From Eledone cirrhosa (Eukaryota): DNA of 64,000 nt. The notes beneath the pieces were generated by a model. That model searched no databases and was not told the origin of the DNA. It saw only the letters and a program-made list of their open reading frames with translations. The position numbers and the translations under genes were made by a program. This document shows, one piece after another, positions 12,435 to 26,486 of the stretch. The stretch lies in assembly GCA_964016885.1 (NCBI GenBank), contig OZ024745.1:54560001-54624000 (forward strand), given 5' to 3'. Every line of letters begins with the position of its first letter. The stretch's first letter is position 1.

Positions 12435-12627
12435 TATTTAATTAGAAAGTGAAAAACACAAAATATAACTACTCCATTACCAAAGGTTTCTGGATCACAG
12501 ACAATAATCGGTCGTCAGACACATCTGTCTGACAACCGATCCAGTCGTATATTGTTATTGTCTGTGATCCAGAAACCTTTAGTAATGGAGTAGTTATATT
12601 TTGTGTTGTTCACTTTCTAATTAAATA
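12435..12627. repeat. Fold-back palindrome (family B) with half-hammerhead and nested hairpin
   Basis: About 70-bp arms; minus arm reads tccaGAAAcctttgGTAatggag; inner hairpin atcggtcgtcagaca/tgtctgacaaccgat. Confidence 0.8.
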
Positions 12628-12685
12628 GCTCTGTTCTGTACATAGAGCACTCTTTTTTCCTTTGATTTTCCTTCGGAATTACCTA

Positions 12686-12743
<58 letters not shown>

Positions 12744-12837
12744 GTGGAACACTGGAAGGTAATAACCGTAGTGGTAGAGCACTCAGTCCAAGGGACGAGT
12801 TAGGTAGAAGTGGTTACACAACAGTTAGTTCACCATA

Positions 12838-12877
12838 CCGAGAACAATTGTTTCACCTTCGCGGATCTTCAGCTCGG
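12838..12877 (-). ncRNA. Minimal type I hammerhead ribozyme (sense to the element)
   Basis: Reverse complement reads ccgag CTGAAGA tccgcgaaggt GAAA caattg TT ctcgg. Confidence 0.75.
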
Positions 12878-13061
12878 GATGTGTATGGTTATAGGAACAG
12901 GAAGGACAACCGTACGAACGCGCATGCGCAGAAACTCGGTCACTTCATACAGGCAATACTAGACTGCGTGCGGGAGGTGTAAGGGAGATAACTGCGAAAG
13001 TCCGGAAAGTTTTTAGGTTGAAAATAAAATTAAAAGAAATTAAAAATAAAATTACAAAGAA

Positions 13062-13345
13062 TCAGTCCGGAGCCTTGTAGTTATGCAATAGATGTTTGGT
13101 GACGTGTGGACAACGTGTGAAAAATTCACTCCTCGTGTTTAGGCAATCACTATTGCGTAATCTCTTTAGGATAGTTATTCGTTCGTCGATACATAAGCCA
13201 CACGTCGGATTTCCCCCTGCGTATGGCTTGTACTTAGTGATGGCTTTCCATTGAATGGAGTAGCCTATACTTGAGTCCTTGAGGGACCATACGTGGCTCG
13301 CGAGTTTCGTGGATGAACGTCTGTCCGGGTGTCTGAAAAATGGTG
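13062..13345 (-). pseudogene. C-terminus of Penelope-type GIY-YIG endonuclease
   Basis: STKLASHVWSLKD..IQWK..CGLCIDERITIL..LNTRSEFFTRCPH matches the PLE endonuclease tail (CxLC..E..LN.R.E...C.H). Confidence 0.8.
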
Positions 13346-13569
13346 GTTCAAACATCTATTGCACAACTACAAGGCTCCGAACTGATTCTTTGTAATTTTA
13401 TTTTAAATTTCTTTTAATTTTATTTTCAACCTAAAAACTTTCCGGAATTTCGCAGTTATCTCCCTTACACCTCCCGCACGCAGTCTAATATTGCCTGTGT
13501 GAAGTGACCGAGTTTCTGCGCATGCGCGTTCGTACGGTTGTCCTTCCTGTTCCTATAACCATACACATC

Positions 13570-13609
13570 CCGAGCTGAAGATCCGCGAAGGTGAAACAAT
13601 TGTTCTCGG
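13570..13609 (+). ncRNA. Minimal type I hammerhead ribozyme (inverted pseudo-LTR copy)
   Basis: Stem I ccgag/ctcgg, core CUGAAGA and GAAA, palindromic stem III aacaattgtt, GUU triplet. Confidence 0.75.
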
Positions 13610-14025
13610 TATGGTGAACTAACTGTTGTGTAACCCCTTCTATATATCTATATCTATATATATATATCTATATATATCCAGGGAGTGTAACTATAGGTTC
13701 ACCCAGGTGACCACTCGATGTTTAAGTTCACGTCAGTATCGAGGTGTAGAGCTAGACAGAGTGTAATATAATAATACGGTTAAGCCTTCATTACGTTTAT
13801 TGGTGACGCGCCTTCTCTATTTTCTACAGTCTTCACAACACTAGCTTCATACCACATTTCCATATTTGTGTGTGTATATATTTATATATATATATATATA
13901 TATTATATATATTTTCATACACTAACCTCATACCACTCCTATCACCTTACTAATTCCCTATACCGCATGTCCCCTTTAACTATGTCTACATCCCACCCAT
14001 ATATATATATATATATTTATTATAT

Positions 14026-14058
<33 letters not shown>

Positions 14059-14109
14059 GTGAGTGTATGTGCGTTTTTCTGTGTAACATTTTTTTTATTC
14101 CTTTACCAG

Positions 14110-14260
14110 GAGGAATGCAGTGCCCATGAACCTTTTGAATGCTATTGATATTTGTGTGACCCATGGAGTAACGTGTACTAAAATCAGGAATATGTCCTGA
14201 AAAGTAAGGCAATGCCACTTGTTTCGATGTTTTAATGATCTCAGCAACCCAGTCCCCGAA
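14110..14260 (+). pseudogene. CTL N-terminal exon remnant
   Basis: Strong acceptor ttttttattcctttaccag; EECSAHEPFECY*YL...ICPEK*GNA/PLVSMF..SQQ resembles CY...C...LVSI...EQ. Confidence 0.45.
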
Positions 14261-15299
14261 ACTGTTATCTGGTTACGGATCCTAGAAAGAAGTATTCTTA
14301 AATTTTACCTGAAATATCTAGAGACGCACAGAAATACTAATATAAAGCTGCGATAGCCAAGCTTGGCCTAGTGCTATGCAAAACTGACAATACCCAAAAC
14401 AATATTATAAATACCAATAAGTGATCGTTTGACCTGCATGAAATAATTCTAAATGTTTTTCAAATACTCAAAATTCTTAACGAAAAATAACACACATAAA
14501 TTAATGTAGTATTACAATAGACCATGTTTAATTAAATGTTGAGGTGGGCATATCTAAATGTCTTTGATCATAAACGTACAGATAACGCACACACTACACC
14601 AACAGCCAATCATAAGCAGTTTCATTACATGTTTTCTGAAATTCCATGTTCAATATTTTTATGTTGTGTAGCCTTCTATAATCAATTTTAAGGAAGCAAC
14701 TTTGTGTATTTCCTGTTTCATGTGAAATATCCTTGTTCAATTTTCCATTGTTTCTTCTCTAAGTCATCCAGTTCTGTTGTGTTATTCAAAACGCAAGGCT
14801 TAAGAAAATATTTTATAAAAACACCGTATAAGGCCATTGTGTTCACACACGTGCGCTTTAGTATTTTACCAATATCACTTTCATGATATTAAATTGAAAT
14901 GAAATGTAACCCTTTCTTCTAATTCATAATACAAAATATGAAAACCTCCATGTACTTATAATTTTGTGCAAATAGAATTGAAGAAAAAGTGTCTACATAA
15001 AAAATCATGTATCCTAGTGAATAATACATGCATACAAACATACATACATACACGCATAGATACATACGTTTAAAATATACATACATTTCAAACATATATA
15101 CATTCATACACACATACAGCCATTTATAATGACATATATATTTACATACATAGACATACATGCATTTTCTTCTTAATTACATATGTTGAGTTGAAAGAGG
15201 ATAAAACTGAAAGAAAAATCATGAATCACGAGAAAACAACAGCAGCGACAGCACCACCGTCTCCATGACCACCACTAGCATCACAATCACCAATAAATA

Positions 15300-15497
15300 A
15301 TGGTTTCTCATACAGGCACAATGCCAGTAATATTTTGTGTGTGTGTGTGTGGGGGGGTCGATAAATAGACGCCAGTGCATGGCTGGTGCTTTATTTTATC
15401 GACCCCGTAAGGATGAAAGGCAAAGTTAACCTCGGCGGGATTTGAACTCAGATCATAAAGGGCCGACCCTCTACAGATACTTCCAATCCACCGCCCT
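15300..15497 (-). mobile_element. SINE copy with TSD accaataaataat
   Basis: Family core and B-box; internal deletion in the head. Confidence 0.85.
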
Positions 15498-15641
15498 TAT
15501 TAGTAACCAATAAATAATATCAATAAACATCAACTAACCAAAGTAGTTTCTAGTGATTCTTAACCCACTAGGTGTAGTTGACAATCCTCTATTATTGAAT
15601 GAAGTACACAATGTTCTAAATAAAAAAAATAACAATAGAAA

Positions 15642-15740
15642 ACATTCTGATAATGGTTTGAATGCCCTTTTGCTACTATATTTATTGTTGCTGTATTTCA
15701 AATAATTCAAGACCTGTGTATGACCAACTGAAACCAGAAA
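15642..15740 (+). pseudogene. CTL middle exon remnant
   Basis: ttc tga..ggt ttg aat resembles FWIGLN; tca aga cct gtg..acc aac tga resembles SPVxxTNW. Both Trp positions are TGA. Confidence 0.45.
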
Positions 15741-18216
15741 CATAGATCAACAATACTTCTCCTTTGATTCTTCCATTATCTTAGTGAAACGAGATTAAGT
15801 GCTGAATATGAGGAAAATATATTGAAAAGTATACATTGAAAATTTAGTTTTCTTCAAAGCCATCCTTCCCAAGCCAGAGCAGATGACATGTTTTAGAATA
15901 ATTTATTTAGCATTAAGTATATTAGAAAAGCATTTTCTTAGAATTAGGGCATAAGCAAAAATACAATATTTCAAATGTTTGTATTCATTTACATAATGAT
16001 TTTTGATTTAGGCAAAAAGCCAACCATTTTTTACGGGTGGGGAGGGAAAGTCGATTAAATCCAGTGCGTTACTGGCATTTTATTTTATATTCATAAACAA
16101 ATATTATTATTTACCATTTTCCACCAAGTTAAATCCAGTACCCGATAAAACTCTGTGGTGCCCCCAATTTTATTTGCGATTTAAGAACATGCATATATTA
16201 TTTATTTGTTAATCCGGGCCTGCCGTGAATGGTAAGGTCAATAATAAAGAAAATTATCTCATCTTTATTGCAAATAAACAAATAGCTCAACAAGTTAAAA
16301 TGGTAGATGAAAACACGAAGGGTAAACAAAATGAAGAGAATCAACAAATAATGTTTTTCAGTTCCATGTTAATAATATCTGCATAAAGATTAAAAAAGAA
16401 AAAAAGTATGCAGCTAGTTGATTTGTTTATATTACTTTTTCATGACATGCAAATCAAATTTCCTCTAATTCTAAATTGTCTAGGAACGCACATTTTTTTA
16501 TGTTAAGATGCTTCTTTGCCAGAATAAACGTGTGTATATGTGTATTTTTGAATTTTCTCAACTTAAAGAATAGCTGAGATCTAGTTTACTTGAAATATTG
16601 CCATATAATTATAAATATAATAAAGGGAATAACGTCACTTAAAAATGCATCACGATGAGGGAATTTATATATTCAAAATGTCAGATTTTATAAACCTTAA
16701 TTGCTTGTCAACGATTCAGGTTTATTTTGTGTATTTCAGTTGATGACTAGGGCTGTTAAAGCTGTTAAAGTCTGGCAGTCTCAGGAGATTTTCGTCACTT
16801 ATAATCAAAGCATTTCCATAATTGAACCAAGAAGAAATCTTTGTTCTCGTTTAACATGCTAGAAATAGTAGCGACATCTCTTCAAAGGCATAGCGTACTA
16901 TTGCAAAAAGAAAAGATGCATTGAAAATTGTGGTCTTACGATGTTATGTCTGCTTGACATATAGGAGAGTTATGTTTGGCACGCTTGTTCAATCGATGCT
17001 GAGCCTTAATAAACAAGAAAAATATAATTTTGGTAATTTCGAACCTTGTATGAAACAGAATGTATTAATCCTTTCTTAGTCATCAGCAGTCCACTCTGAC
17101 AATGTTATAGACAAGTATCTATCTATTAGTTCAACCAAACCTGGACGATACCCTTGATATTGCAACGCTAATTATCTGATAGATGGAGATTCACCACTAG
17201 TGTATACTACACCTGTAAAAAAGTGATAGCTCCCTAGTAGAGGAGTTGAATGCAGGAATGCAAATAAATGGATTAGTTGTCACGTTAAACATATTTTAAA
17301 TTCTTTTAATATATTTCTACTGTTATAGATAGGAACACTGAGCGATTGATGTCTTAACTGAAATCAGCGAAGAATTTGTGACACCACTCCCTTCGCTAGC
17401 ATACAGTGCAATAGCAAAACTGCGACAACCCAGAATAACTAGCAAGAACATCGTCCACTAAAAAACTTCCAATGAATAGAAACTATCTTTATTATAAAGT
17501 GTCTGCTATAAGATTCTATAATATGATAATAGAACTGGTGCAAGAGAAGATCTGTTGTTAGCTCCTTGTATGTTAATGAGGAAATTCTGCAGTTTGGTAT
17601 ATTATATTACATATGTTTAGTGATAAATTTGCCACTAACCCGGGAAGTGTAGTAAAATCAATGCTTTAATGAGAAAGGGAAAGTGTAATAAAACCAAGGC
17701 ATATCGAGATCCTTCGAAATAAAATAATGCATTTATCCTGCTGCATTAAAATAAAATCTGCATCGGATATCGTAACGCTAATATGATTCTTGATTTTCAA
17801 GTCAATGGCGTTGCTGAGATAGTTCATTTACTAATATTTTATTTATATAATTGTATGATTGTGTGGGTTTATAGATGTTAAAAATGTTTGCATTTTTTTG
17901 TGAATGCGCGTGACTATGTATATATATGTGTGTGTGTGTATGCATGTCTTTGTGAATGTATGTAAAATGAGTGGGCGGTTACATGCAAATATATATGCGT
18001 GTATACAGTAGGATTTTTATCTATTTCCGCACCCATAAAATTATGTACAACGTTGTTCGCATATTTTTCATCGGTTAATATTAATAGAATTCTGCATTAG
18101 CAAACAAGCAAGTAGGAAGTACTAATAACACATACAATAATGTTAATCATCTTAATATGATAAATAAAGGATTGTATAAAAGACAAATTCATAATCATGA
18201 TGATTAAAGTACATAT

Positions 18217-18340
18217 AATTGTTTCTACTTTTGGCACAAGGCCAGTAATTACCCAGTACATTACTGGTATTTTATTTTATCGACCCCGTAAGGATGAAAG
18301 GCAAAGTTAACCTCGGCGGGATTTGAACTCAGAATGATGT
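18217..18340 (-). mobile_element. 5'-truncated SINE with 16-bp TSD
   Basis: TSD ttaaagtacatataat at 18204-18219 and 18341-18356. Confidence 0.9.
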
Positions 18341-18546
18341 TTAAAGTACATATAATGTGAAAGAACTTATTCGTTGGGGAAAGGAAACTATACCTAATCA
18401 TGGGTTTATATTTACATATAACGATTAGCAGGGATAAAATTACATCATTTGTTTTAGGTTACACTTAGCAATTTCTCGCATATATTTTCTTAGCGGAGGC
18501 AATGAGTATTGCATCAAAATGTTCATGTCAATACATCTAACAATAT

Positions 18547-18729
18547 AATTGTTTCTACTTTTTGGCACAAGGCCAGCAATTACCCAGTGTATTACTGGTA
18601 CTTTATTTTATCGACCCCGTAAGGATGAAAGGCAAAGTTAACCTCGGCGGGATTTGCACTCAGAATGGAAAAGGTCGTAACTCTTTGCGTCAAAACATGG
18701 CATCCGACCCTCTACTGATACTGCCGAAT
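18547..18729 (-). mobile_element. SINE copy
   Basis: Full family match. Confidence 0.9.
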
Positions 18730-18779
18730 GACTGCATCTCGGTTTCGGGAATTGCCATCTCTTGACCTTTGTACATTAC

Positions 18780-19722
18780 AGGGGTGGCACGAACATGACC
18801 TTTTCGCCTTGCTAAGAACCTAAAAAAAGCCATGCTCGGGCAACAGACGTTTAAGTCGTCTAAATCAAGTGATGTCTATGCTTAACTTTCTTTAAGTGAA
18901 AAAACGCCTCGCACTGCACCAATCCAACTATCTGAACAACAGTGAGTTATCCAAATAGAAGAATAGGCCAACTGCATTGGCCGCCATCGAGGTTTTTACA
19001 TCAGGGCTTTTCCTCTCCTTGAGTATTATCCTAAGAAAATCTATGGTTCTCTCACTTCTGGTGGCCTAACTATATTTCCATGCGCCCAAGCATACATACA
19101 TACATACATACATACATACATGGTGCCTACCAACTCGTTTTCGAGTACGGCCACTACTTCATATCCATGTAGGAGAACCCCTACCGATGCGCTGAACGAG
19201 TGTGACTATTTAGTCCAGCCAGCGACTTGAAAACTCTGGTACAAACACTACACTTGTGACAATTCTTGACACATAGTGCTGGGCCCATGGTACCATGTGA
19301 CGACAAGTGCAGAGAGATCTCCAGATATAAAGCAATGCCTGTGCCGTGAAGCTTTTATAGTGAGCAAAGGCACTGCACAAAGCCAGTCCCACTCTCTTAA
19401 CCAAGATGATATTTACCAAAAAGAAGAACAAATCAACATCATTGGATACCATCAGGGTTGCAGGTGTTATATCAGAGTTTTCCTTCTCCTAGAATTCTGC
19501 CTCTCGGTGAATACTGCCTCTCCCGGTGATTTTGGATGGCCATTGACTCTTAAGAGCTCCTTTGCTCTTTGACAGGTTTTGTTTTTAGTCCCGCAGGATG
19601 TCCAAAGTCACCCTCCTCACCAAGAAACCTTGGTAGAGTTGCCAGTTTAGTCACCAACGACCCGACCATGGGACAGGTTGTACTGGGATACATGTTACCA
19701 GTAGCACAAACTGGTGACCTGA
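18780..19722 (-). mobile_element. Two RTE-LINE 5'-region-like fragments bounded by (CATA)n arrays
   Basis: Minus-strand ctaggagaaggaaaactctga (about 19470-19492) and related caaggagaggaaaagccctga (about 19001-19021), a motif I recall from RTE 5' regions; (ACAT)n at 19091-19120 and 19723-19792. Confidence 0.45.
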
Positions 19723-19764
19723 CATACATACATACATACATACATACATACATACATACATACA

Positions 19765-19797
<33 letters not shown>

Positions 19798-21172
19798 GTA
19801 CAGTTAATGATAAGCAAATAAGAGAAAAGCTCTTATGGCCTTGACAATGCAGTGTGAGGAGAGCTTGTCTATAATTGAACGTTGTAAAGCAAAGGATATA
19901 TTTAGAAATTACTTGTTCTCATCACCGAAGTATATTCATTTTGCAAGTTGACTGAACTAAAATTACAAGGAAAATACATCGAAAATAGGAAATAAATGAT
20001 GCACTGATTGTGCAGTTATATAATATTACATAAAATGATACAAGATATAGAAGTGACAATATATATGTATATGATATACTGAACAAGCTCTATGTTTTTT
20101 AGCAGAAATACATAACGTTGTCATTAGCAGGTAAGGAAAAGAGTAGTGGAAGATGGCTACTGGTTTTTATACAAGTTATATTACCAGAAAGTAGTTCTAA
20201 AATATCAAGATTAATCGAAATGTCAGAAAACTAAAATAGTGTCTGTTCAAATATAAATCACTACAGTACAAATCTCTACATTCGGAATTTAATATAAAAT
20301 TTTCCACATACTGAAGAGATTAAAACATAAAGATTAAAACTTAGTGATTAGATATAAGGGTTTTACGACATTTCAGCTTGATATGATAGATTACAGTTCT
20401 AACGTTTGGAAAATTCCGTGTCTATAAAATCGGTACGTCGCCTACTAAACACTGCTTGACTGCTGTTGATCGCTTTTTCTGTATGTATAACACATTTACC
20501 CATCACCGCTCGAAACATCGAGATGTATAAACTTATTTTAATATGCATGTCTTACTTTTATTAATCATATGTAATTTCCTTCAAGTCATTTTATTTATTA
20601 TTATATTATCACCCTAAAATTAGATTATTCGATTTTATTGCGGCTTTTACTAATCTTTGCGATAAGAAATATTCTCGTTATAATTGCGAAATATGTATTT
20701 CTATTAATAATATGTATGTATGTGTTGAGCGGCGGATGCATGTATATATCTACGTACGGATTTGTGTTTGTATGTATCTTTGAATGCATACATGTGTGGA
20801 TGGATGCCTGCATGTCTGAATGTATTCTAAACACATTCCCTGCATGAGTATGCGTATACTGAGTGGAATAGTGACTTCGAAGTTTCAGTTTGGTCGCTTC
20901 ATGAGGCAGCCAGATGAAGCGAATAAAAAGAAATGTCTTATCAAAGCTACTTTTCTACTCAGCCTACCTACAAGTATTGGGTGGTATTTCATGTATTGCT
21001 TTAATGTTTTTATATACTGCCGTATTGTAATATATATCATATATGCACATTTATAAACTCATTTTATTCAGAATCTGCCGTAATACAAATTTCTATGGCG
21101 TTCATGATTAAGCAATGCAATCATTACGGAACCACCAACACGACATCATCAAATGCAATCTTAAGTAATAAC

Positions 21173-21356
21173 TGTTTCTACTTTTGGCACAAGGCCAGCA
21201 AATACCCAGTGTATTACTGGTACTTTATGTTATCGACCTCGTAAGGATGAAAGGCAAAGTTAACCTCGGCGGGATTTGAACTCAGAATGGCAAGGGAAGT
21301 AACTCTATGCATTAAAGCATGGCGTCTGACCCTCTACCGATACTGCCAATCCACCA
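21173..21356 (-). mobile_element. SINE copy with 17-bp TSD
   Basis: TSD caatcttaagtaataac at 21156-21172 and 21357-21373. Confidence 0.9.
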
Positions 21357-21589
21357 CAATCTTAAGTAATAACGTTGTTATGTAACATTCCTATTTCAAT
21401 ATGAGCTATAAGTATGGGGACGGATTGATGGTATATTTCTTGTTCCGTGCTCCGCATACTCAGTCATGGACAACGAAATCACATTTGGAAGGATACATAT
21501 GAGTGTCGAAGAGTGTCTGAATCTAATTGCATCATCGTTTATAGATTGGTATGTTAAATATACAGCCGGGTCGGTCAACAGATTATACA

Positions 21590-21716
<127 letters not shown>

Positions 21717-22233
21717 GTATATATATATTTAAAAGAGTGGAAGTCAGTCTTGCAGCATATGCACAGACTTTATTTGCATATTACAATTTTTTGTATATTA
21801 ATCAGCTCATGGTACGATCAAGGTGACTGTTTTGGGTACATCGAACGGCACGCCGCCTCTCACTGTTGTTACACACCTAACACACACACACTCACACACA
21901 AACGCACACACACACACACTCACACACACAGGCACACACACACTCACACATATATGTTGGAGTAGATTACCACAGCATCAATCTAAACTGAAAAAAAAAA
22001 AAAAAATCTGATAAAATATAGAAAAGATATATTTGTGTGATTACATCGCAGCGTATTTTTGCGATATAAACATTTGTTTCTGAGATCAATCATTTTATTA
22101 CGCTAACTCACAACATTCTCTGTAATCGGTAAATATATAGCACTCACCCATGTGGAATTAGACATAAAAGCGTTTGATATGAATATATAGACATATAAAT
22201 ATACATATACAAGTATATATGTATATATATATA

Positions 22234-22299
<66 letters not shown>

Positions 22300-22369
22300 T
22301 ATATATATATACTTGTATGTCTGTATGTATGCATGCATCTATGTATGTGTGTGAGTTTGTTTGTATGTG

Positions 22370-22461
<92 letters not shown>

Positions 22462-22554
22462 CCAGCGAAAGAGTTATAAACAGTAAGTGAGAAAGTGAGA
22501 AAGTGGTAGAATCGACCCCAGTACTAAAGTGGTACTTTTTTCATCGACTGCTCC

Positions 22555-24640
22555 TCAGCTATGTAGGACTTGACAATCTTCCTACATCTCTTTTCCGTCG
22601 GAGTAGCTTAACAAAAAGATCCCTCTCTAATTCGAGTAATCTACTTTGTCTCCCGTTTTGAAAATTGGTATTATCACTCCCAATTGCCATTTCTAAGGTC
22701 CCTTTCCAGTGATTCTGGCCAGATGGCACACGTGAATCTCCTGGATTTTAACACCTTGGGCTCAATTTGATCAACCCAAGCGGCATTGCCAAATGATCTC
22801 TTTAATTGCTCTTGTGACTTCAGCCTCCGCGAAATTAATCATCGTTCCCAGATGCTTCTCGTATACATGAGAAGAAACTTTTGTGATCGGGTTTAGGAAA
22901 TAACAAATGTATTTTCTCCATCTCACGAGGACTTACATCTCAGAAGAGAGGAGAATCCAGACACGTTTTTGATAGCAGGTTTGGAGGTAGATTTCTTATT
23001 ACAAATTCGGTGGATGGTCTGCCACTTTATTTGCTCACCTGAAATCGGGATCTCAGTCCTCTTAACTTTGGACACCTTTATTTAATCTGATACGACATTT
23101 TGTGCCTGCTTGAACCGCAAGTGCCGGAAGGAGGACCTATTTCCAGGCTAAGCTTTGTGGTCCTCGTTCTTTTCTTGGATGACGCATTTGACCATTTGAT
23201 TGAACCAAGGTGTTCATCAGCCATCCGGCACCACACCTATTCTCTTCGTCCGCAATATTTAACAGCGAAAGCAGAACTCGTTGCACTGAACAATCTTCAT
23301 TCCGTTTCAACATCCTTAGTTTGCTCAGCGATGTCTCTGAATTTTGGCTTCTTTGACTTAAATAGGCTCAAGCTGCAGGTAACTAGCTGGTGGTCAGTTG
23401 ACTACTCAGCCAATCTTTTAATACGAACATCCAGCAAAGAATCGAAGATACCAGACAAAATCAGTTATTGATCTCTCTTTCCGATTCCTTTAATATCATG
23501 CATATTTATGGATATCTCTGTGCTGGAATGTGTTGATAATAGAGAGTCCATTGCTAGAACAGAGGTCTAATAAGGTCTCTCTATTGGTATTTATGTCGGG
23601 ATCACCGTTTCTTTCAATCTATGTCATGTGGTCAGTGCCAGCATGTGCATTGAATTCTCCCATCAGGATATATAATTCAATCTCAACTACATCTAACGCT
23701 GGAGTGACTTCAAGACAAACAATCTGTATTCGGATTCTTTGTTTAATGCAAAAAGTTGGACCAGCAACAGAGACCTATCATTCAGCCTAAGCTTCAAGAG
23801 GCAAATCTTAATGATATCCTGTCCCTAACACAGTCTGTGTACATAATGTCTAGCGCCACAGCCGAATAGTGGAGTTTCCATCCTCAATCCCAATCTACTG
23901 ATCAACAGCTAAGGAGCATTGTTGAGGATCGCCAACTATATCTAGTCGGTAGCATTTAACCTATTCTACTAGTTCCTGCCCTTTCCTGTGATATTCCAGG
24001 TTACAATTGTCAAGTTTGGCTTCCTTGCGAACAATCTTTGGGGTCTCGGGATACGCAATTTTGTGTCCATTCCATGACTCCCAGGACAGGTTGTAGCCCC
24101 ATCACCAGTCTTTACAGAATGAAATGGGGACAGCATTATATGTTTTCAGCCGGAGCCTCTACATATGTCCTGAACGCGTCCTTTGGTAACCCGCGCGAAA
24201 TACGAGGCTGTATGATTTCTTTTGTAACCTCTCATCATATTGCAGTTTTGGGTACCTTATTCCCGCCAGTCACCAATCTGGTACACCCTAGGCTTTTTTA
24301 GCTGCCGTCTTTACTAGCCTCAACATAGCAAAATCACTGGATGTGAGTCGTTTCTTGGAAGCTAAATGTTTCACCCATTGCTCCCTCTTTCCTAGTATTT
24401 TAACGCTGTTGGTCCGGGGCTGTTTGTTCGTCCGGCAGGTGCCCAATTATATCGCAACTAACCATCGTATCTGGTGGCTTTCTCTGGATAGTAGTCCTCG
24501 AAGAAGATTGGTTCTCTATGGTTCAGATATTCAACGATTTAGCAAGTCTAATAGCCTCTTACAGCCAAGAGAGCGTAACTGAATCGGATGCTTTCTTGTA
24601 ATCAAGCCAGTCTGTAACAAAATTGCTCCTCTGTCTACGC
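22555..24640 (-). mobile_element. Decayed RTE-clade LINE (APE endonuclease plus RT N-terminus)
   Basis: LMGEFNAHAG (GDFNAHVG-like), AE*STDHQLVTC (STDHHLV-like), WQLGVIIPIFKTGDKVDYSN*RGI (PIFKKGD..CSNYRGI-like). Confidence 0.8.
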
Positions 24641-24985
24641 ACCTCTGACATTATGGTGGCGTTAATAGGAGTTGTTCAGCACCCCAAAAACTCCTTTTTT
24701 TACAGCTGCTTGCACAACAGTATGCGTATGTGTGTGCGCGCATGTGTGTGTGTATGTGTGTATGCGTGTGTGTAGACAAAGCGGGTGTCTTAGGAAGCAT
24801 TGGTGAAATTTGAAATGCGTGCGTCCTAACGCAAATGCTGTCCACGTTTTACGACTCCATGGTTACTTTACTCGATTTTTCCAAATATGTATAGTGAACG
24901 ACTAGTATTTTGGTCATTTGCACTGGTACGCACACGCTTTAAATATATGTATGCACGCGTGTATGTTAGGGAATGTGCCTCTGTG

Positions 24986-25037
<52 letters not shown>

Positions 25038-25379
25038 TACACACACATATATATATATATATAAACACACACACACACATGCACACACATATATATATAA
25101 ATCGAGAGAGAACAAAAGTAGAATAGAGGGAGAGATGGTTTGGGAAAGACATAGAGATACTGAAAGTGCAAATGAAGGGAGGGGATCGAAGTGGAGAGAA
25201 ATCTATAAGAATGAGAAAGGGAACTGTTCTAATACAAAAGGTGTAAGGGCAAAAAATTGATATTAGAAAAGATGAAAGGTAAAATTGAACGTTATTTGAT
25301 CGTCAACTTGTCTATGTTGACGCTTGAGGAGACGAAATCTTGTTGTTGATGGTGTTGTTTTAGACATACGTTAGTGTGG

Positions 25380-25524
25380 TTGTTATTATTCAGGAAATTA
25401 TTATTATTATTATTATCATTATTATTATTATTGTTGTTGTTTTTGTTGTTATTAATATTGTTGTTGTTGTTGTAGTTATTATTATTCTTCTTCTTCTTCT
25501 TCTTCTTATTATTATTATTATTAA
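25380..25524. repeat. Compound (ATT)/(GTT)/(CTT) trinucleotide repeat
   Basis: Directly visible. Confidence 0.9.
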
Positions 25525-25623
25525 TTTTGCCTCTGAACGATGTCCAAAGTATGTTTTCCATCGCTTCCGAAAATATATAGCTTGTGTAGAAGGAAATAAT
25601 ATAACAATATTTCTTTTTATATT

Positions 25624-25749
<126 letters not shown>

Positions 25750-26139
25750 ATATGTATGTGTGCATATCTTACTGTAGTATTACAAAGACGGCGTGGAAAG
25801 AAAGAAATACTTAATTGTTGAATTTGAGCCGCAAGCTATTATTGGACAGGTAGAATAGAAAGAATGGTTATTTCAATCACTGCTGAGATTTTGTTGCTTG
25901 CCAGTACATATCAGTAATAATATGGTGTTGGTGTTATTAAACCTTGTGTTGCGTCCTCAACTCCGGATGGAGTCGTAAGAGTGTATCTTGGTCTAAATAA
26001 ATCACCTCCCTACAGGTCAGATCAAGGTGATGAGGAGTGACAGGAAGATAAATTGTGATAGATGGGTAGATATATTGAGAGAGGCAGAGATGGAAAGAGA
26101 GATGTAGAGAGAAAGAAAGAAAGAGAGAGAGAGAGAGGG

Positions 26140-26171
<32 letters not shown>

Positions 26172-26172
26172 G

Positions 26173-26240
<68 letters not shown>

Positions 26241-26486
26241 TCAAAGTGTTAAAACAATCAAATCTTAGTTTAATACATTTATTTGCTGACAATTGTTTCT
26301 TCTAGAGGGAAGTCTGGATTAATCGGACCATAGGAAATGTCTAAACAGGTGATTAAAATCCTAGTCATTCAGAACATTTAGGTAGATACATAAGTGTTGT
26401 TAGTGTCATAGACATCATGTATATAATCAGGAGTTAAACAGATGTTATGCTTGAGAGAACACTATATATAGAGAGATAGATAGATA

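Larger units (their letters stand above)
12741..13641 (-). mobile_element. 5'-truncated Penelope-like element with inverted pseudo-LTRs
   Basis: About 290-bp inverted repeats (12806-13097 and 13349-13641) flank a GIY-YIG C-terminal ORF; inserted in (TA)n. Confidence 0.85.
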
